Source: Candidatus Melainabacteria bacterium 17Bon1m
Lineage (GTDB): Bacteria; Cyanobacteriota; Vampirovibrionia; Obscuribacterales; Obscuribacteraceae
Assembly (NCBI GenBank): GCA_032128875.1
Contig: JAVLKG010000002.1
Location: forward strand, 608,001 to 672,000
Length of the DNA: 64,000 bases
Direction: 5' to 3'
Shown here: piece after piece, positions 9,580 through 19,814 of the stretch
Layout of the letters: every line of letters begins with the position of its first letter
Position numbering within the stretch: the first letter of the stretch is position 1
The notes under the pieces: model-generated
Database searches by the model: none
What the model was told of the DNA's origin: nothing
What the model saw: the letters and a program-made list of their open reading frames with translations, nothing else
Program-made: the position numbers and the translations under genes

Positions 9580-10128
9580 GTGAGCGCCATGCGCACGCAA
9601 AAAACAGCACTTCTATCTTTTATTTCTGCCGGTTTGGCCCTTGCAAGTCTCGTGTTGCCGATTTCTGCGGCATACGCCGATGATGCCGAGAAGCCAAAGG
9701 TCAGCTGCGTTGAGCCGCATGCCGGCTGTTCAGAGTCTGCGAAAATCATCGAAGACTTGAAGCAAATCGTGCACGCACTGAATACCGGCGACGTCGACAA
9801 AGCTGCTGAGTACTACGATGACCAATGCACAAGCATTGATAAGAAAACTCACAAGCTAATTAGCGGAAAGCAAGCGGTCATCGCGGATCTCAAGAAAAGA
9901 TTGGAAGATCACAATCCCAATTCTCAAGAGCCGCTCAAATCGATCACTATCGACCACCCATATGCATTTGTTCACGGGGATACAGCAACCGTCAATTTCG
10001 TGGCTTACAAAGAGTTCGGCGGGGAACATCCATATAAGATGGAGTCTCATTGCACTGATATATTTGTTAAGCGCGGCGAAAAGTGGAAAAAGTTGCACTA
10101 TGTGAGCAACTGGAAACGGGTAAAGTAG
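9580..10128 (+). CDS. Secreted NTF2/SnoaL-like (DUF4440-type) protein
   Basis: Signal peptide (AYA), ALNTGDVD.AAEYYDD, GDTATV, TDIFVKRGEKWK.LH. Confidence 0.8.
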   Translation: MSAMRTQKTALLSFISAGLALASLVLPISAAYADDAEKPKVSCVEPHAGCSESAKIIEDLKQIVHALNTGDVDKAAEYYDDQCTSIDKKTHKLISGKQAVIADLKKRLEDHNPNSQEPLKSITIDHPYAFVHGDTATVNFVAYKEFGGEHPYKMESHCTDIFVKRGEKWKKLHYVSNWKRVK

Positions 10129-10174
10129 TGGGGCCGAGTATTTCAGCTTTTAAAAGTTTGGGCTTTGCAGTCAG

Positions 10175-10891
10175 ATGATGGTTACTGAGTGGGAAAAATA
10201 TAAAGACTCTGCAGAGCAACTTGTGCAGATGGGCCGCTATTCGGAAGCAGAAAGCTTTTGGATGCAGGCGGTAAAGGCTGCAGACAACTTTGTCGAGAAC
10301 GATCCACGCACCACTTATACCCTAGATAGACTGGGTGATTGCTTCATCAAACAGCAGCGCTACGCTGAAGCAGAGCAGGTCTTCACTATGGCGCTCGAAA
10401 TCAGAAAAGCGGTCCTTGGTCCCACGCATTTGGATGTCGGCAAAAGCTTGAGCCAGATTGTCGATCTGATGCAAATCGAGCAGAAATTCTCTGAAGCTGA
10501 GCCTCTGCAACTGGAAATTCTCTCTATCTATGAGACCAATTTTGGTGCAGAACACCCGGGCGTTGCGACTATTGTTCTCAATCTGGCTCAGTTCTACCAT
10601 GGTTTGAAACGCTACAACGAAGCAGAATTGTTCTACAAACGCGCCCTGGCCATCAAGCAAAAGCTCTATGGATACCGCAGTCCGGAAGTAAAAGGCTTGA
10701 CTGAAAGGTATGCAGCCATGCTCAATGAATGCGATCGGTCACAAGAAGCAGAATCGTTGGTTGAGGAAGTTTCCGGCACCGCCTCTGGTGTCTGGCGCGC
10801 CATTAACGCAAAGCGCGAGGAAGAGGTTAAGAGTCGCGGCGATAAAATGAAGCGCAGCGGATTCTTCGACCGATTCAAGAAAGATCGCTAA
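10175..10891 (+). CDS. Tetratricopeptide repeat protein (kinesin-light-chain-like TPR)
   Basis: Repeated YAEAEQVF..ALEIR..VLGP.H.DV / EAELFYKRALAI..K.YG motifs. Confidence 0.9.
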   Translation: MMVTEWEKYKDSAEQLVQMGRYSEAESFWMQAVKAADNFVENDPRTTYTLDRLGDCFIKQQRYAEAEQVFTMALEIRKAVLGPTHLDVGKSLSQIVDLMQIEQKFSEAEPLQLEILSIYETNFGAEHPGVATIVLNLAQFYHGLKRYNEAELFYKRALAIKQKLYGYRSPEVKGLTERYAAMLNECDRSQEAESLVEEVSGTASGVWRAINAKREEEVKSRGDKMKRSGFFDRFKKDR

Positions 10892-11040
10892 ATTTCAAAG
10901 ATTCAACTGCCAATAATGTTTGCCTTCTGCCCATTGCGATGGCGCAGGTGGGCGATTTGGGCATAAATATAAGGTACGAACGGTTTAATCGACGGTCCGG
11001 CGCCTGATTTCGCTGGGTTCAGGAGTTTTCTGGAATAACG

Positions 11041-13692
11041 ATGCCAGAAGCAGAATCAATTCACAAGGCATACGACAAGGTCCTCGAGCGCACAGGCCGT
11101 CTTTTCGATCAGCAGCGCAAGAAGAATTTCGTGATGCAAGACCGGTGGTTTGCTGGTTTGCTTCTTTGTGAATGGATTGCCGGTATGTTGCTGTCACTGA
11201 CCGTATCTAGTCAGCTCTGGGCACAGGTTGATAAAACTGTGGTTTCGCAATTTCCGGTCGCGACACTGCTTGGATCGTCCATTATCGCTTTTCCGATTTT
11301 CATGGCGATAAAATTTCCCGGACATTCCTTTACCCGTCATTCGATAGCCATCGCTCAGATGCTGATGTCTGGTCTTCTTATTCAATTGACGGCCGGTCGC
11401 ATGGAGACACACTTTCACATCTTCGGCTCTCTGGCTATTCTGGCTTTTTATCGAGACTGGAGAATACTTATAACTGCTTCTGCAGTGGCACTATTGGATC
11501 AGCACTTTCGAGGAATTTACTGGCCTCATTCTGTGTATGGTGTCGAATATGCAAGCCCGTGGCGAGTGCTTGAGCATGGCGGCTGGATTGCCTTTGAAGA
11601 TCTTTTCCTGGTTCGATCGATAATCACCAGTACAAAAGAGCTATGGGACAACTGCCAGAGACAGTCTGAACTAGAAGCGACAAATGTCATTGTTGAAGCT
11701 CGGGTTGAAGAGCGAACCCGTGAATTGAAAGTGACAGAAGAACGATTTCGTCTTTTGAGTTCTGCCTCACCAATTGGAATCGTGCTCACAGATGCATCCG
11801 GTGATTGCCTCTACGTCAATCGAAGGTGGGAAGACCTGTCCGGCATCCTGCATGATGCGTGCCTCGACAAAGGATGGCTTGAATGCATCCATCCTGACGA
11901 CAAAGACACAATGATTGAAAAATGGATGGATTCCATTGGAGAGTCAAACGAACACGTCACAGAGTTTCGTGTAGAACGTGAAGATAAGCCGATTTCCTGG
12001 CTACACTCACGGGTTACCTCCATCGGTGACTCAGAGGGAATTTCGCGGGGATACATCTGGACATTTGAAGACATCACTGAAAGAAAGAATGCAGAAGCTA
12101 ATCTTCTCATGCAATATGCAATTACTGACGCGCTCGCCGAATCTTCAGATCTGTCCGATGCCTCTCCCAAGCTTTTGAAAGCTATCTGCAACAATCGTCA
12201 GTGGTCGCTCGCTATTTTGTGGATGCTAGATGCGCAAGATGACGTGCTTCGCTACGAAGGAAGTTGGTGCGCAGATGAGCCGGCGTTGAAACAGCTTGTT
12301 GAAAATTCCCGGCGAATGACTTTTGGTCGTGGTGAAGGTGCCCTGGGGATTCCTCTCGTCAGTGGGCAGCCGTTTATTGCACAGTCGGTCGCTGAATCGA
12401 ATTTGCAAGGGCGCATGGAAGCACTGCCAGAACGATTTGGATATATGTCCTTTCCCGTGACTGAAGACGAGCAGGTCTTCGGTGTTCTCGAATTTATGAG
12501 CGATGAACCGATTAAACCAGACGGAGAATTTTTCCTGATGTTGAATTCGGTGGCGACGCAAATCAATCAGTTCGCCGAGCAAATGTCAGCAGAGATGCGT
12601 CTGAAAGATTCCGATGCTCGAATTCGTGCAATGTTGGAAAGTGCGATTGATGGCATTGTTACTTTTGATTTGAGTGGTATCGTCGAACTGGTGAACCCGG
12701 CTTTTGAAAGAATTTTGGGCTTCGATGCTGACGATGTGTTGGGCAAAGCGATAGCAGAAATCGTGCCTGGTGAAACAACCGTTGATCGCATCGCGGACCG
12801 GAAAATTAGCACCATCCAGAATGTGCTGGATGACTTGAAAGCTCATAACTACAGTGACAGAGAATTGATAGTCAGAAGATCGGACGGAACTTTGATTCCG
12901 GTTGAATTCCGTGTCAGTGAAGTAGTGCTTGGTACGAGAAATTTCTATTCTGGCATCATACGTGATATCACAGAGAGAAAAGAAGTCGAACTTAGAGTTA
13001 GCGAGTTCTATTCTACTGTTTCGCACGAGCTGCGTACGCCCTTAACATCAATCCGTGGCGCTCTCGGTTTGATGGAAGGCGGAGTTGTCGGAGAGATTCC
13101 AGAGGAAGCGCTAGAACTAGTGACCATCGCCAGGGTCAGCTGCGATCGATTGATACGCCTAATCAATGACATTCTTGATTTGCGTAAGATCGAGGCTGGC
13201 AAGTTGGAGTTGAAGTTGGAGTCACTCGATTCCGAATCAATGGTGAAGGCAACAGCCGATTCACTTAGAATGATGTGCGAAGAATACGGCGTTTCAATCG
13301 CTGTACACGTGAATGACAAACGACCGGTGAAGGGCGATCACGATCGGGTCGTGCAAATTCTCACCAATCTCGTTTCTAATGCAGTGAAATTTTCCGGACC
13401 TGAAGGCAAGTTAGACGTCAGAGTTGTTGGTGGCACCAATGGTGCGGTGCGATTCGAGGTCGAAGACAATGGACCTGGTATTCCCGAGAGTCAAATGCAT
13501 AGACTGTTCGGGAAATTTCAGCAATTGGACTCTTCTGATACTCGAGCACAAGGCGGAACAGGGCTTGGCCTGGCAATCTCCAAGGCACTTGTAGAAAAGC
13601 ACAATGGACGAATCGGTGTTAAGAGTATCGAGAAAAAAGGTTCTACTTTCTGGTTTGAAATTCCGGCAGATCAGACTGCCGAATCAAACTAA
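11041..13692 (+). CDS. Membrane PAS/GAF/PAS sensor histidine kinase
   Basis: N-terminal multi-TM domain (ETHFHIFGSLAILAFYRDW), PAS, GAF, PAS, H-box VSHELRTP, NLVSNAVKF, DNGPGI, GTGLGL. Confidence 0.95.
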   Translation: MPEAESIHKAYDKVLERTGRLFDQQRKKNFVMQDRWFAGLLLCEWIAGMLLSLTVSSQLWAQVDKTVVSQFPVATLLGSSIIAFPIFMAIKFPGHSFTRHSIAIAQMLMSGLLIQLTAGRMETHFHIFGSLAILAFYRDWRILITASAVALLDQHFRGIYWPHSVYGVEYASPWRVLEHGGWIAFEDLFLVRSIITSTKELWDNCQRQSELEATNVIVEARVEERTRELKVTEERFRLLSSASPIGIVLTDASGDCLYVNRRWEDLSGILHDACLDKGWLECIHPDDKDTMIEKWMDSIGESNEHVTEFRVEREDKPISWLHSRVTSIGDSEGISRGYIWTFEDITERKNAEANLLMQYAITDALAESSDLSDASPKLLKAICNNRQWSLAILWMLDAQDDVLRYEGSWCADEPALKQLVENSRRMTFGRGEGALGIPLVSGQPFIAQSVAESNLQGRMEALPERFGYMSFPVTEDEQVFGVLEFMSDEPIKPDGEFFLMLNSVATQINQFAEQMSAEMRLKDSDARIRAMLESAIDGIVTFDLSGIVELVNPAFERILGFDADDVLGKAIAEIVPGETTVDRIADRKISTIQNVLDDLKAHNYSDRELIVRRSDGTLIPVEFRVSEVVLGTRNFYSGIIRDITERKEVELRVSEFYSTVSHELRTPLTSIRGALGLMEGGVVGEIPEEALELVTIARVSCDRLIRLINDILDLRKIEAGKLELKLESLDSESMVKATADSLRMMCEEYGVSIAVHVNDKRPVKGDHDRVVQILTNLVSNAVKFSGPEGKLDVRVVGGTNGAVRFEVEDNGPGIPESQMHRLFGKFQQLDSSDTRAQGGTGLGLAISKALVEKHNGRIGVKSIEKKGSTFWFEIPADQTAESN

Positions 13693-13700
13693 TGCCGATT

Positions 13701-15002
13701 TTAAAAACCGGTGTCGCCTTTATTAGGTGTCGGTCCCGATGGCAGAACAAATTGGTCGTCTTTTTTGCCTGCTGATTGATCAGCTTGCGCGGGTGCATTT
13801 GCATTTTTGATCATTGCAAAAACAGGCGCGAGCTGGCGACCAGGACAAGCGCGTTCGAAGCCTTCTAGCGCCGCTTTAGCATCATCAATTTTACCTTCGC
13901 GAAAACGACTCAGCGCGAGGTAAAGCTTGGCCAAGTGCCAATCGGGTGCGCGACCAATGACTTTAGCGAAATCTTGCGATGCATTGGCGTAGTCGGCACT
14001 CGCCAGACCAATCATTCCGGATTGAAGCAGCAAGTATGGATCGTTGGGTGTTGTCGATAGCAGGTTTTTTACTTCAGACATCGCTTGATCCGCTTTCCCT
14101 TTTCTTGCAAGGGAAACGCGACGCGACTCTCGCTTCGGCAAATCCACAAATCTCGCTTCTATCAGACTTTCATTGTCGAAATAATCGCGCACAAAAGGAT
14201 CGAAGTGAAAATCGTGTTGCGGTAAATAGCCAATTGCCACCATGTCGAAATTAGGTTTTCCCTTCTTTCCGGTACTGGTGATGCGACTGGCAGTGGATAA
14301 CTGCTTTGCTGCTTTCTGCGCATTGCCTTCAAGAAAGTCCATCTCCGCCAGTATAAGAGCAACCTGCTTTGCAGAAGCCGCTTGCCCTGCGGCAGATCGC
14401 GCAATAGGAAAATTGCCGTTGAGGTAGTGAAGCAACGTCAACCCTCTGTAAGCGGCCTGAGCATAACTCGATCTCTTTGCACATTCACGAAGACTGTTTT
14501 CGGCTTCTTCGATTTTTCCATCGCGTAATTGTGCGTAACCAATATCAGTATAGATTTGCACGACATCTGGATGCGATTGAAGCAGCTTGCCCCAAACTCC
14601 CACCGCTTGCTCGTAGCGGCGAGAAAGAAAATGGCTGAATCCGACCGTCAAATAGGTTTCTCTCGCCTTATTGTCCAGCGTGTATGACTGTTTTAAGGCA
14701 TCGAGCGCTTCTTGATAGCGCCCTTTCATGTTGAGCGACATGCCCAGAAGCATGAAAGGCAATGGATCGGTCGGGTCAGCCCGAGTGGCATCCGTGAGGA
14801 GCGGTATCGCTAAATCTACTTTGCTCAAAACCAACTGATTCAATGCAGCAGAGGCTAATCTTTGGGATTTTTCTCTCGCTTGTGTATTCCAGTGCTGTGT
14901 TTGAGCGAACGAAAACGGAGCGCAGGAAAGAACAAGTAGCAGCGATGCTGCCAGGCAGTTTTTTACTCTTGTGGATTTGAAAACTTCGTTGAGCGACGTC
15001 AT
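13701..15002 (-). CDS. Secreted TPR protein
   Basis: Signal peptide (SFA-Q) and multiple TPR-like helical pairs (LGMSLNMKGRYQEAL, IGYAQLRDGKIEEAE). Confidence 0.8.
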   Translation of the reverse strand: MTSLNEVFKSTRVKNCLAASLLLVLSCAPFSFAQTQHWNTQAREKSQRLASAALNQLVLSKVDLAIPLLTDATRADPTDPLPFMLLGMSLNMKGRYQEALDALKQSYTLDNKARETYLTVGFSHFLSRRYEQAVGVWGKLLQSHPDVVQIYTDIGYAQLRDGKIEEAENSLRECAKRSSYAQAAYRGLTLLHYLNGNFPIARSAAGQAASAKQVALILAEMDFLEGNAQKAAKQLSTASRITSTGKKGKPNFDMVAIGYLPQHDFHFDPFVRDYFDNESLIEARFVDLPKRESRRVSLARKGKADQAMSEVKNLLSTTPNDPYLLLQSGMIGLASADYANASQDFAKVIGRAPDWHLAKLYLALSRFREGKIDDAKAALEGFERACPGRQLAPVFAMIKNANAPAQADQSAGKKDDQFVLPSGPTPNKGDTGF

Positions 15003-15015
15003 TTAAGTGCCTCTG

Positions 15016-15693
15016 TCAAAACATGAAGACGGGCTTGTCTGGTAGCTTTTCAAACTCTTCAAGTGAGAATGTGTACAGTCTAGCCGGGCGATAAGAGCCT
15101 TCCTGGGAAGTCTCATTTAGTTCTTGAAGAACACCTGTGTTGAGAAACTTTTTGCGGAAATTCCTGTTATCTACAGCCTTTCCGAGTACTGCTTCGTATA
15201 CGGACTGTAAGTCCCTCAACGTGAATTTTTCCGGAAGCAGCATAAAAGCGGCAGGTGAATACTCGAGTTTGTACTTCACTCTCTGACGAGCATATGAAAT
15301 TATGCTGGCGTGATCGAATGCTAGTTCAGGCAATTCGTTTACTTTCCACCAGGCTACTCCACGCGCTTTGGAGCCGGCCTTCAACTCCAGACCTTCTTGT
15401 CTAAGTAGTGCTAAGTAAGATGCCGTCACTGTTCTGCCGCGAGGATCACGTCCTTTGTCGCCGAAAGTATAGAGCTGTTCCAAGTAAACGTCTCCAACAT
15501 TCGTTTCTTCGAGCAGCTCGCGTGCAGCCGCTTGATCCAGTGTTTGATCGTTTTCATCAAGTGATCCACCCGGCAACGCCCAGAGTGACTTGTAGGGCTC
15601 GAATTTCCTCTTGACGAGAAGCACTTCCAATGCGCCTTGCTCAACCGCAAAGGCCACCGTGTCGACTGTAACTTTGATTGTTTCTGTAGCCAT
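15016..15693 (-). CDS. nrtR: NrtR family Nudix-related transcriptional regulator (NAD metabolism)
   Basis: N-terminal Nudix domain (WALPGG, AARELLEET, LEQLYTFG...RDPRGR, LAFDH) plus C-terminal wHTH (FTLRDLQSVYEAVLG..VD.RNFRKK...RPARLY). Start at ATG 15693. Confidence 0.92.
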   Translation of the reverse strand: MATETIKVTVDTVAFAVEQGALEVLLVKRKFEPYKSLWALPGGSLDENDQTLDQAAARELLEETNVGDVYLEQLYTFGDKGRDPRGRTVTASYLALLRQEGLELKAGSKARGVAWWKVNELPELAFDHASIISYARQRVKYKLEYSPAAFMLLPEKFTLRDLQSVYEAVLGKAVDNRNFRKKFLNTGVLQELNETSQEGSYRPARLYTFSLEEFEKLPDKPVFMF

Positions 15694-15772
15694 CCGGCAG
15701 GAATTATGCTCTCTAAAGTTACCTGAAAACCTACCCAATCATACACGTTAAGAGGCTTGGCGCGTTTGTTTG

Positions 15773-16729
15773 CTAGCCTTGTTTTCCGAGAACGAAGTCC
15801 AAACCTTCAGTATAGAATTCCGCCGGCGGAATTCCATGCCCGGAATCAACTTCTAGAATTTTGGTTTCGAGATTTCGTTTTTCAAGCGCGTTATAGAGTT
15901 CTTTTTGAAAAGACGGGGGCACGATAGTGTCTTTGGTCGCGCTGATCAGAGCGAACCGCGTTTGCCCTTTCAATTGATCTATGTTCGGCAGAAAACTTTG
16001 TTTTGCATAGCGATCCGGAACCATCTCTGGTGTTCCACCAAAAGCATTTGTCAGCGCGTGAGGAATGCTTCTGTTCTTTGTTTCTTTGAAAAGCAAAGCC
16101 AGATCTCCTGCACCCTCACAACTAACCGCTCCAACAATTTTCGCTTTTACGTCTTCAGGCGCAAGGGCAGTGTAAGTAAGCGCAGTGCAGCCGCCCATTG
16201 ATGTGCCCATGATGACGATGCGATTGACGGGATATCGCTGCATTAACTCACGAATGTTTTGAGTTATGTCGGCTAAGGCTGCGTCATTTCCCCATGACCA
16301 GGCACGCCGATAATTCAGAGATGAAAAAATAATCGTGGGATGGGTGTCTCCAATGCGTTTTGCAATTGGTTGCGCATCTGGTGACACGAATGGTTCAAGA
16401 AATGTTGAGCCCATTCCGTGCAAATAAATGATCAGATCGAAACCTTGTTCAGGTTTTGGTGCGCGTGGTGCCAGCACTGCAAAACTGTCTTCCTGTCCGT
16501 CGAAGTGACTTACAAAAGTCGATTTGTTTACCAGATCTGTATTTAAAATCTCATTGACTTTGCTTTGACCTCTAACCAACGCAGCATTTTGAGCGATCAA
16601 GTTTTTCTCTCTTTTGACATGCTTCAAATGAGCAGCCGTTTGCAAAAACCAAACGAAGAAAAAGATGCCCACCAGGTTGAGCAACATCGAAACGAAAAGT
16701 GCGATAAGTATCAGGCGTGGCTTATTCAT
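15773..16729 (-). CDS. Membrane-anchored alpha/beta hydrolase (esterase/peptidase S9-like)
   Basis: N-terminal TM, YLHGMG, nucleophile GTSMGG, D in KDTIVP, H in SGHG. Confidence 0.88.
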   Translation of the reverse strand: MNKPRLILIALFVSMLLNLVGIFFFVWFLQTAAHLKHVKREKNLIAQNAALVRGQSKVNEILNTDLVNKSTFVSHFDGQEDSFAVLAPRAPKPEQGFDLIIYLHGMGSTFLEPFVSPDAQPIAKRIGDTHPTIIFSSLNYRRAWSWGNDAALADITQNIRELMQRYPVNRIVIMGTSMGGCTALTYTALAPEDVKAKIVGAVSCEGAGDLALLFKETKNRSIPHALTNAFGGTPEMVPDRYAKQSFLPNIDQLKGQTRFALISATKDTIVPPSFQKELYNALEKRNLETKILEVDSGHGIPPAEFYTEGLDFVLGKQG

Positions 16730-16833
16730 TGTTATCTATTAGCTGACTTCTGGATTCTACCGCCTTGTTTCAGTAATTGCTTGCTTTGAGGTAAACCTCT
16801 CTATGCTTGGGAATAATGGCCTGGAGGTGAAGA

Positions 16834-17499
16834 ATGGCAATAGGAAAGCCAATCGGAACATTATTCGCCGTATGCGCGGTTTGGGCGGCGTATCCTTTAG
16901 TTGGGCTTGCCGGCAATATAGAGGAGGCCCGCCAAATGAATTTGCGAGCCGCCGATTTTATGGCAGAAGGTAAATTGGCAGAGGCTGCAGCGAAATATCG
17001 CCAGGCTATTCAACTAAATCCGCAGTCGGCCGGCTATCACAGCAATTTGGCATTAGTGCTGAAAGATTTGAACCAACTGCCGGCCGCCGAGCAAGAAGCT
17101 CGGCTGGCAGTCAAGCTGAACGGTAAAAAGCCCTCGTATAAATACAATTTGGGTGTTATTTTGCAGCGCCAGGAAAAGTACGCCGAAGCCGAAACTTACT
17201 TTGCGGAAGTTGTTAGAAGTAATGCCTTGGATGCGGATTTCCGTTATCGCCATGCCCAGGTTCTGTTCAAGCTTGATAAATTTCAAGAGGCACAGGACGA
17301 AATGAAAATGGCGCTTCTGGTAAAACCGAATGAGCGTGATTACCACTTACTTCTTGGGGATGCTTATTACAAGCTTGGAAAGAAGGAAGAGGCATTATCC
17401 GAATACAGACGGTTGATGGACGGACAAAGCGAAGAGGACTTGACGCCCGATTTGAAAGCCAGAATTAACTACTTAAAACAGGTCTTGAATACTCGTTAG
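16834..17499 (+). CDS. Secreted TPR protein
   Basis: Signal peptide and about 5 TPRs (YHSNLALVL, YKYNLGVIL, YHLLLGDAYYKLG). Confidence 0.88.
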   Translation: MAIGKPIGTLFAVCAVWAAYPLVGLAGNIEEARQMNLRAADFMAEGKLAEAAAKYRQAIQLNPQSAGYHSNLALVLKDLNQLPAAEQEARLAVKLNGKKPSYKYNLGVILQRQEKYAEAETYFAEVVRSNALDADFRYRHAQVLFKLDKFQEAQDEMKMALLVKPNERDYHLLLGDAYYKLGKKEEALSEYRRLMDGQSEEDLTPDLKARINYLKQVLNTR

Positions 17500-17563
17500 G
17501 CTCATATTTGCTACTGTAATGTGAGATTTGTTCGCAAGAGATCTATTTATGCTTCAGTGAGTT

Positions 17564-18787
17564 ATGCCCGAGCAAGAAAAACCAAAAATAGATGACAAGA
17601 CTCAGGAGCAGTTGGCAAAGCTAGCGCTCGTTCAGCGTCAACTTACGGTTGTTGCACTGTCTTTTGCAGCGCTGTATTTGTGTTGTCAGGTGGCGTCTTA
17701 CTTCGCTGATATCTTGCGAATTCTCGGCATATCGATTTTGCTCTCGTACTTATTCATCAATGTCGTCGACTGGTTGGAAAAGTATGTTCATTCCAGAGCG
17801 GGCGCAATTTTTATCGTTTACTTTGTCCTTGGCGTTACGGCTATTGTTGCTGCCGTGCTCGTAGTTCCGGCCATGATCTATCAGGTCGCGCAGTTGGGAG
17901 AAACAATCTTCCAGCAAATTCCTCAGATCGTAGACAAACTGATTGCTGCGTTGCATCCATTGGAAGAGAAATTGCATGCGGCAAAAATTGAAGTGAAGGC
18001 GATGGACATTCTGTCTACTTTTGCCTCTAATCTTCCGAAGCCGGATTCGTCACAAATTCTTTCGCGCATCCAAGATATGGCTTTTTCCACCATGACGATT
18101 TTCATGTATGGATTGAGCGTTTTGGTTGTGTCTTTCTATTTTTTACTTGACGGACACCGTATCAGAGATTCGATTATCAAGCTCTTTCCAAGGCGGATCC
18201 AGCATCGCTGTCATCTTATGGCACAGCAGATGGATAGCAGTCTGCAGGCGTTTTTCCGCGGACAGATTGTGCTTGGGCTGTTGTTCGGTGGCATCATGAT
18301 CGGCGTGTATTTTGCGTTAGGAATACATTACGCGCTTATTTTGGGTGTCTTTCTAGCGGTATGGGAAATCGTACCTGTAATTGGTCCGCCGATAGGATTT
18401 ATTCCCGCCGCTGTCGTTGTAGCAATTGATGGAATGGATACTTTTCAGGTAAATCGTTTTGCACAAATTCTGATTTTGTTTGCTGTCTTCAACGGGTTTC
18501 AGTGGTTAAAAGATAATCTGGTGGCGCCTCGGTATATCGGCAATGTGATCGGTTTGCATCCTGTCATGGTTTTTATCGCGATTATGATTGGGGCTCGATT
18601 GGATGGCATGCTTGGAATTATTTTTTCCTTGCCGGCCGCATGCGTGCTGAATGTGTTTTTCAATAATTTGTATGTGGAAAAGGAAACACAAGATGCAGCC
18701 GAGGAAGGAAACGCGAGTATTCTGCCTGAGCCGAAAGTTATAAGAGCTCAAGTGGGCAGTGGCAGCGAGGTTCATTCAGATTCTTAG
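17564..18787 (+). CDS. AI-2E family transporter (PerM/UPF0118)
   Basis: FYFLLDG, AFFRGQI, WEIVPVIGP, NLVAPRYIG..IGLHPV...G.LG.I.SLP motifs. Confidence 0.93.
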   Translation: MPEQEKPKIDDKTQEQLAKLALVQRQLTVVALSFAALYLCCQVASYFADILRILGISILLSYLFINVVDWLEKYVHSRAGAIFIVYFVLGVTAIVAAVLVVPAMIYQVAQLGETIFQQIPQIVDKLIAALHPLEEKLHAAKIEVKAMDILSTFASNLPKPDSSQILSRIQDMAFSTMTIFMYGLSVLVVSFYFLLDGHRIRDSIIKLFPRRIQHRCHLMAQQMDSSLQAFFRGQIVLGLLFGGIMIGVYFALGIHYALILGVFLAVWEIVPVIGPPIGFIPAAVVVAIDGMDTFQVNRFAQILILFAVFNGFQWLKDNLVAPRYIGNVIGLHPVMVFIAIMIGARLDGMLGIIFSLPAACVLNVFFNNLYVEKETQDAAEEGNASILPEPKVIRAQVGSGSEVHSDS

Positions 18788-18926
18788 GATTCGAAAGGAA
18801 AGACAGTGCGGCAGCGCTGATTTGGGTTAATAGCTCTTTTGTAGACTAATGAATCCCAGGTGTGATGCGGGGTTTCATCGACTTTTCAGGAGTCGATTTG
18901 GCTCTTGCTTTGCCTGTTGAAACGTG

Positions 18927-18948
18927 GTATACATATGTATGGTATCGA
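18927..18948 (+). promoter_or_regulatory. Candidate SOS operator/promoter of imuA
   Basis: GTATAC-ATAT-GTATGG-TATCGA; perfect 12-bp palindrome at 18929-18940; TTGAAA at 18917-18922. Confidence 0.65.
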
Positions 18949-19028
18949 AAAAACGTAGCAGTACAGCAAGTCGGGGCGCACCTGGCTTGTTTGTATGGGA
19001 TTAGCCGTATCTAGAAGAAACTACAAAA

Positions 19029-19814
19029 ATGGGCAGTCAAGTCAGTGTTTTTGCATTAAAGCAGCAATTAGAGCAGCTTTTCCCAGGGAAGTGGTTCTCT
19101 GCCGAAAAGAGGCATAAAGCGCTTTTGACTGGAGTTGCAGAGGTCGATGCAAAACTGGTCAATGGACTTTTGCGCAGACGTATTACTGAGTGGGCTGGAA
19201 GCATCTCATCAGGTAAAACGACACTGCTTCGCAAGGCTGTGGCAAATTGGTGTTCTGCAGGATTGCATGTCGCCTACATAGATCCATCCGGCCGTCTTTC
19301 TGCGGAAGATTGGGCTTTTGTTGGCGATGGTAATTTTGCATCAGCATCTACTCCCAGCCTTGTTACTTCCAAAGGAAAGTTTTGGGTTGTTCGCAATTTG
19401 ACTGTAAATCCAGAATTAAATTCTATGTGGGCGGCAGAGCAATTATTGCAGTCTCAAGTATTTGATGTGGTTATTTTTGACAGTGAGAATTTGCGTATTA
19501 CAAGTCGAATGCATGCGCGTCTAAAACGTGCTCTCGACAGATCAAAAGCTGCATTGATTGTTCTTCGCGATAACAATCGAGTAAGTAATTTTTCTAATAG
19601 TTGGGGCTTTCATACCCAGTTGAATTTTTCATGGGATTTGCCCATCGATTCACAAGATGGATTGTCTGGCTGTGCTGCTTTTATGCCAGCTATTAAAGGA
19701 AATGTTCTCAGGGATGGACTCTCTCAAGCTATAGAGGTGCGGGGAAAATCAAATGTCTCGAATAGCCTGTTTACGCATTCCCCGATTCCCGATCGCCGCA
19801 CAGCTAAAGTATGA
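19029..19814 (+). CDS. imuA: ImuA-like RecA-fold mutasome protein
   Basis: LTGVAEVDAKL..GL.RRRITEWAG, Walker A GSISSGKT, VAYID, WAAEQLLQSQVFDVVIFD; overlaps imuB. Confidence 0.8.
   Translation: MGSQVSVFALKQQLEQLFPGKWFSAEKRHKALLTGVAEVDAKLVNGLLRRRITEWAGSISSGKTTLLRKAVANWCSAGLHVAYIDPSGRLSAEDWAFVGDGNFASASTPSLVTSKGKFWVVRNLTVNPELNSMWAAEQLLQSQVFDVVIFDSENLRITSRMHARLKRALDRSKAALIVLRDNNRVSNFSNSWGFHTQLNFSWDLPIDSQDGLSGCAAFMPAIKGNVLRDGLSQAIEVRGKSNVSNSLFTHSPIPDRRTAKV

Noticed and set aside
19029-19814. recA
   Set aside because: Only 261 aa, lacks RecA signature motifs beyond the Walker A region, and overlaps imuB, so it is ImuA-like.
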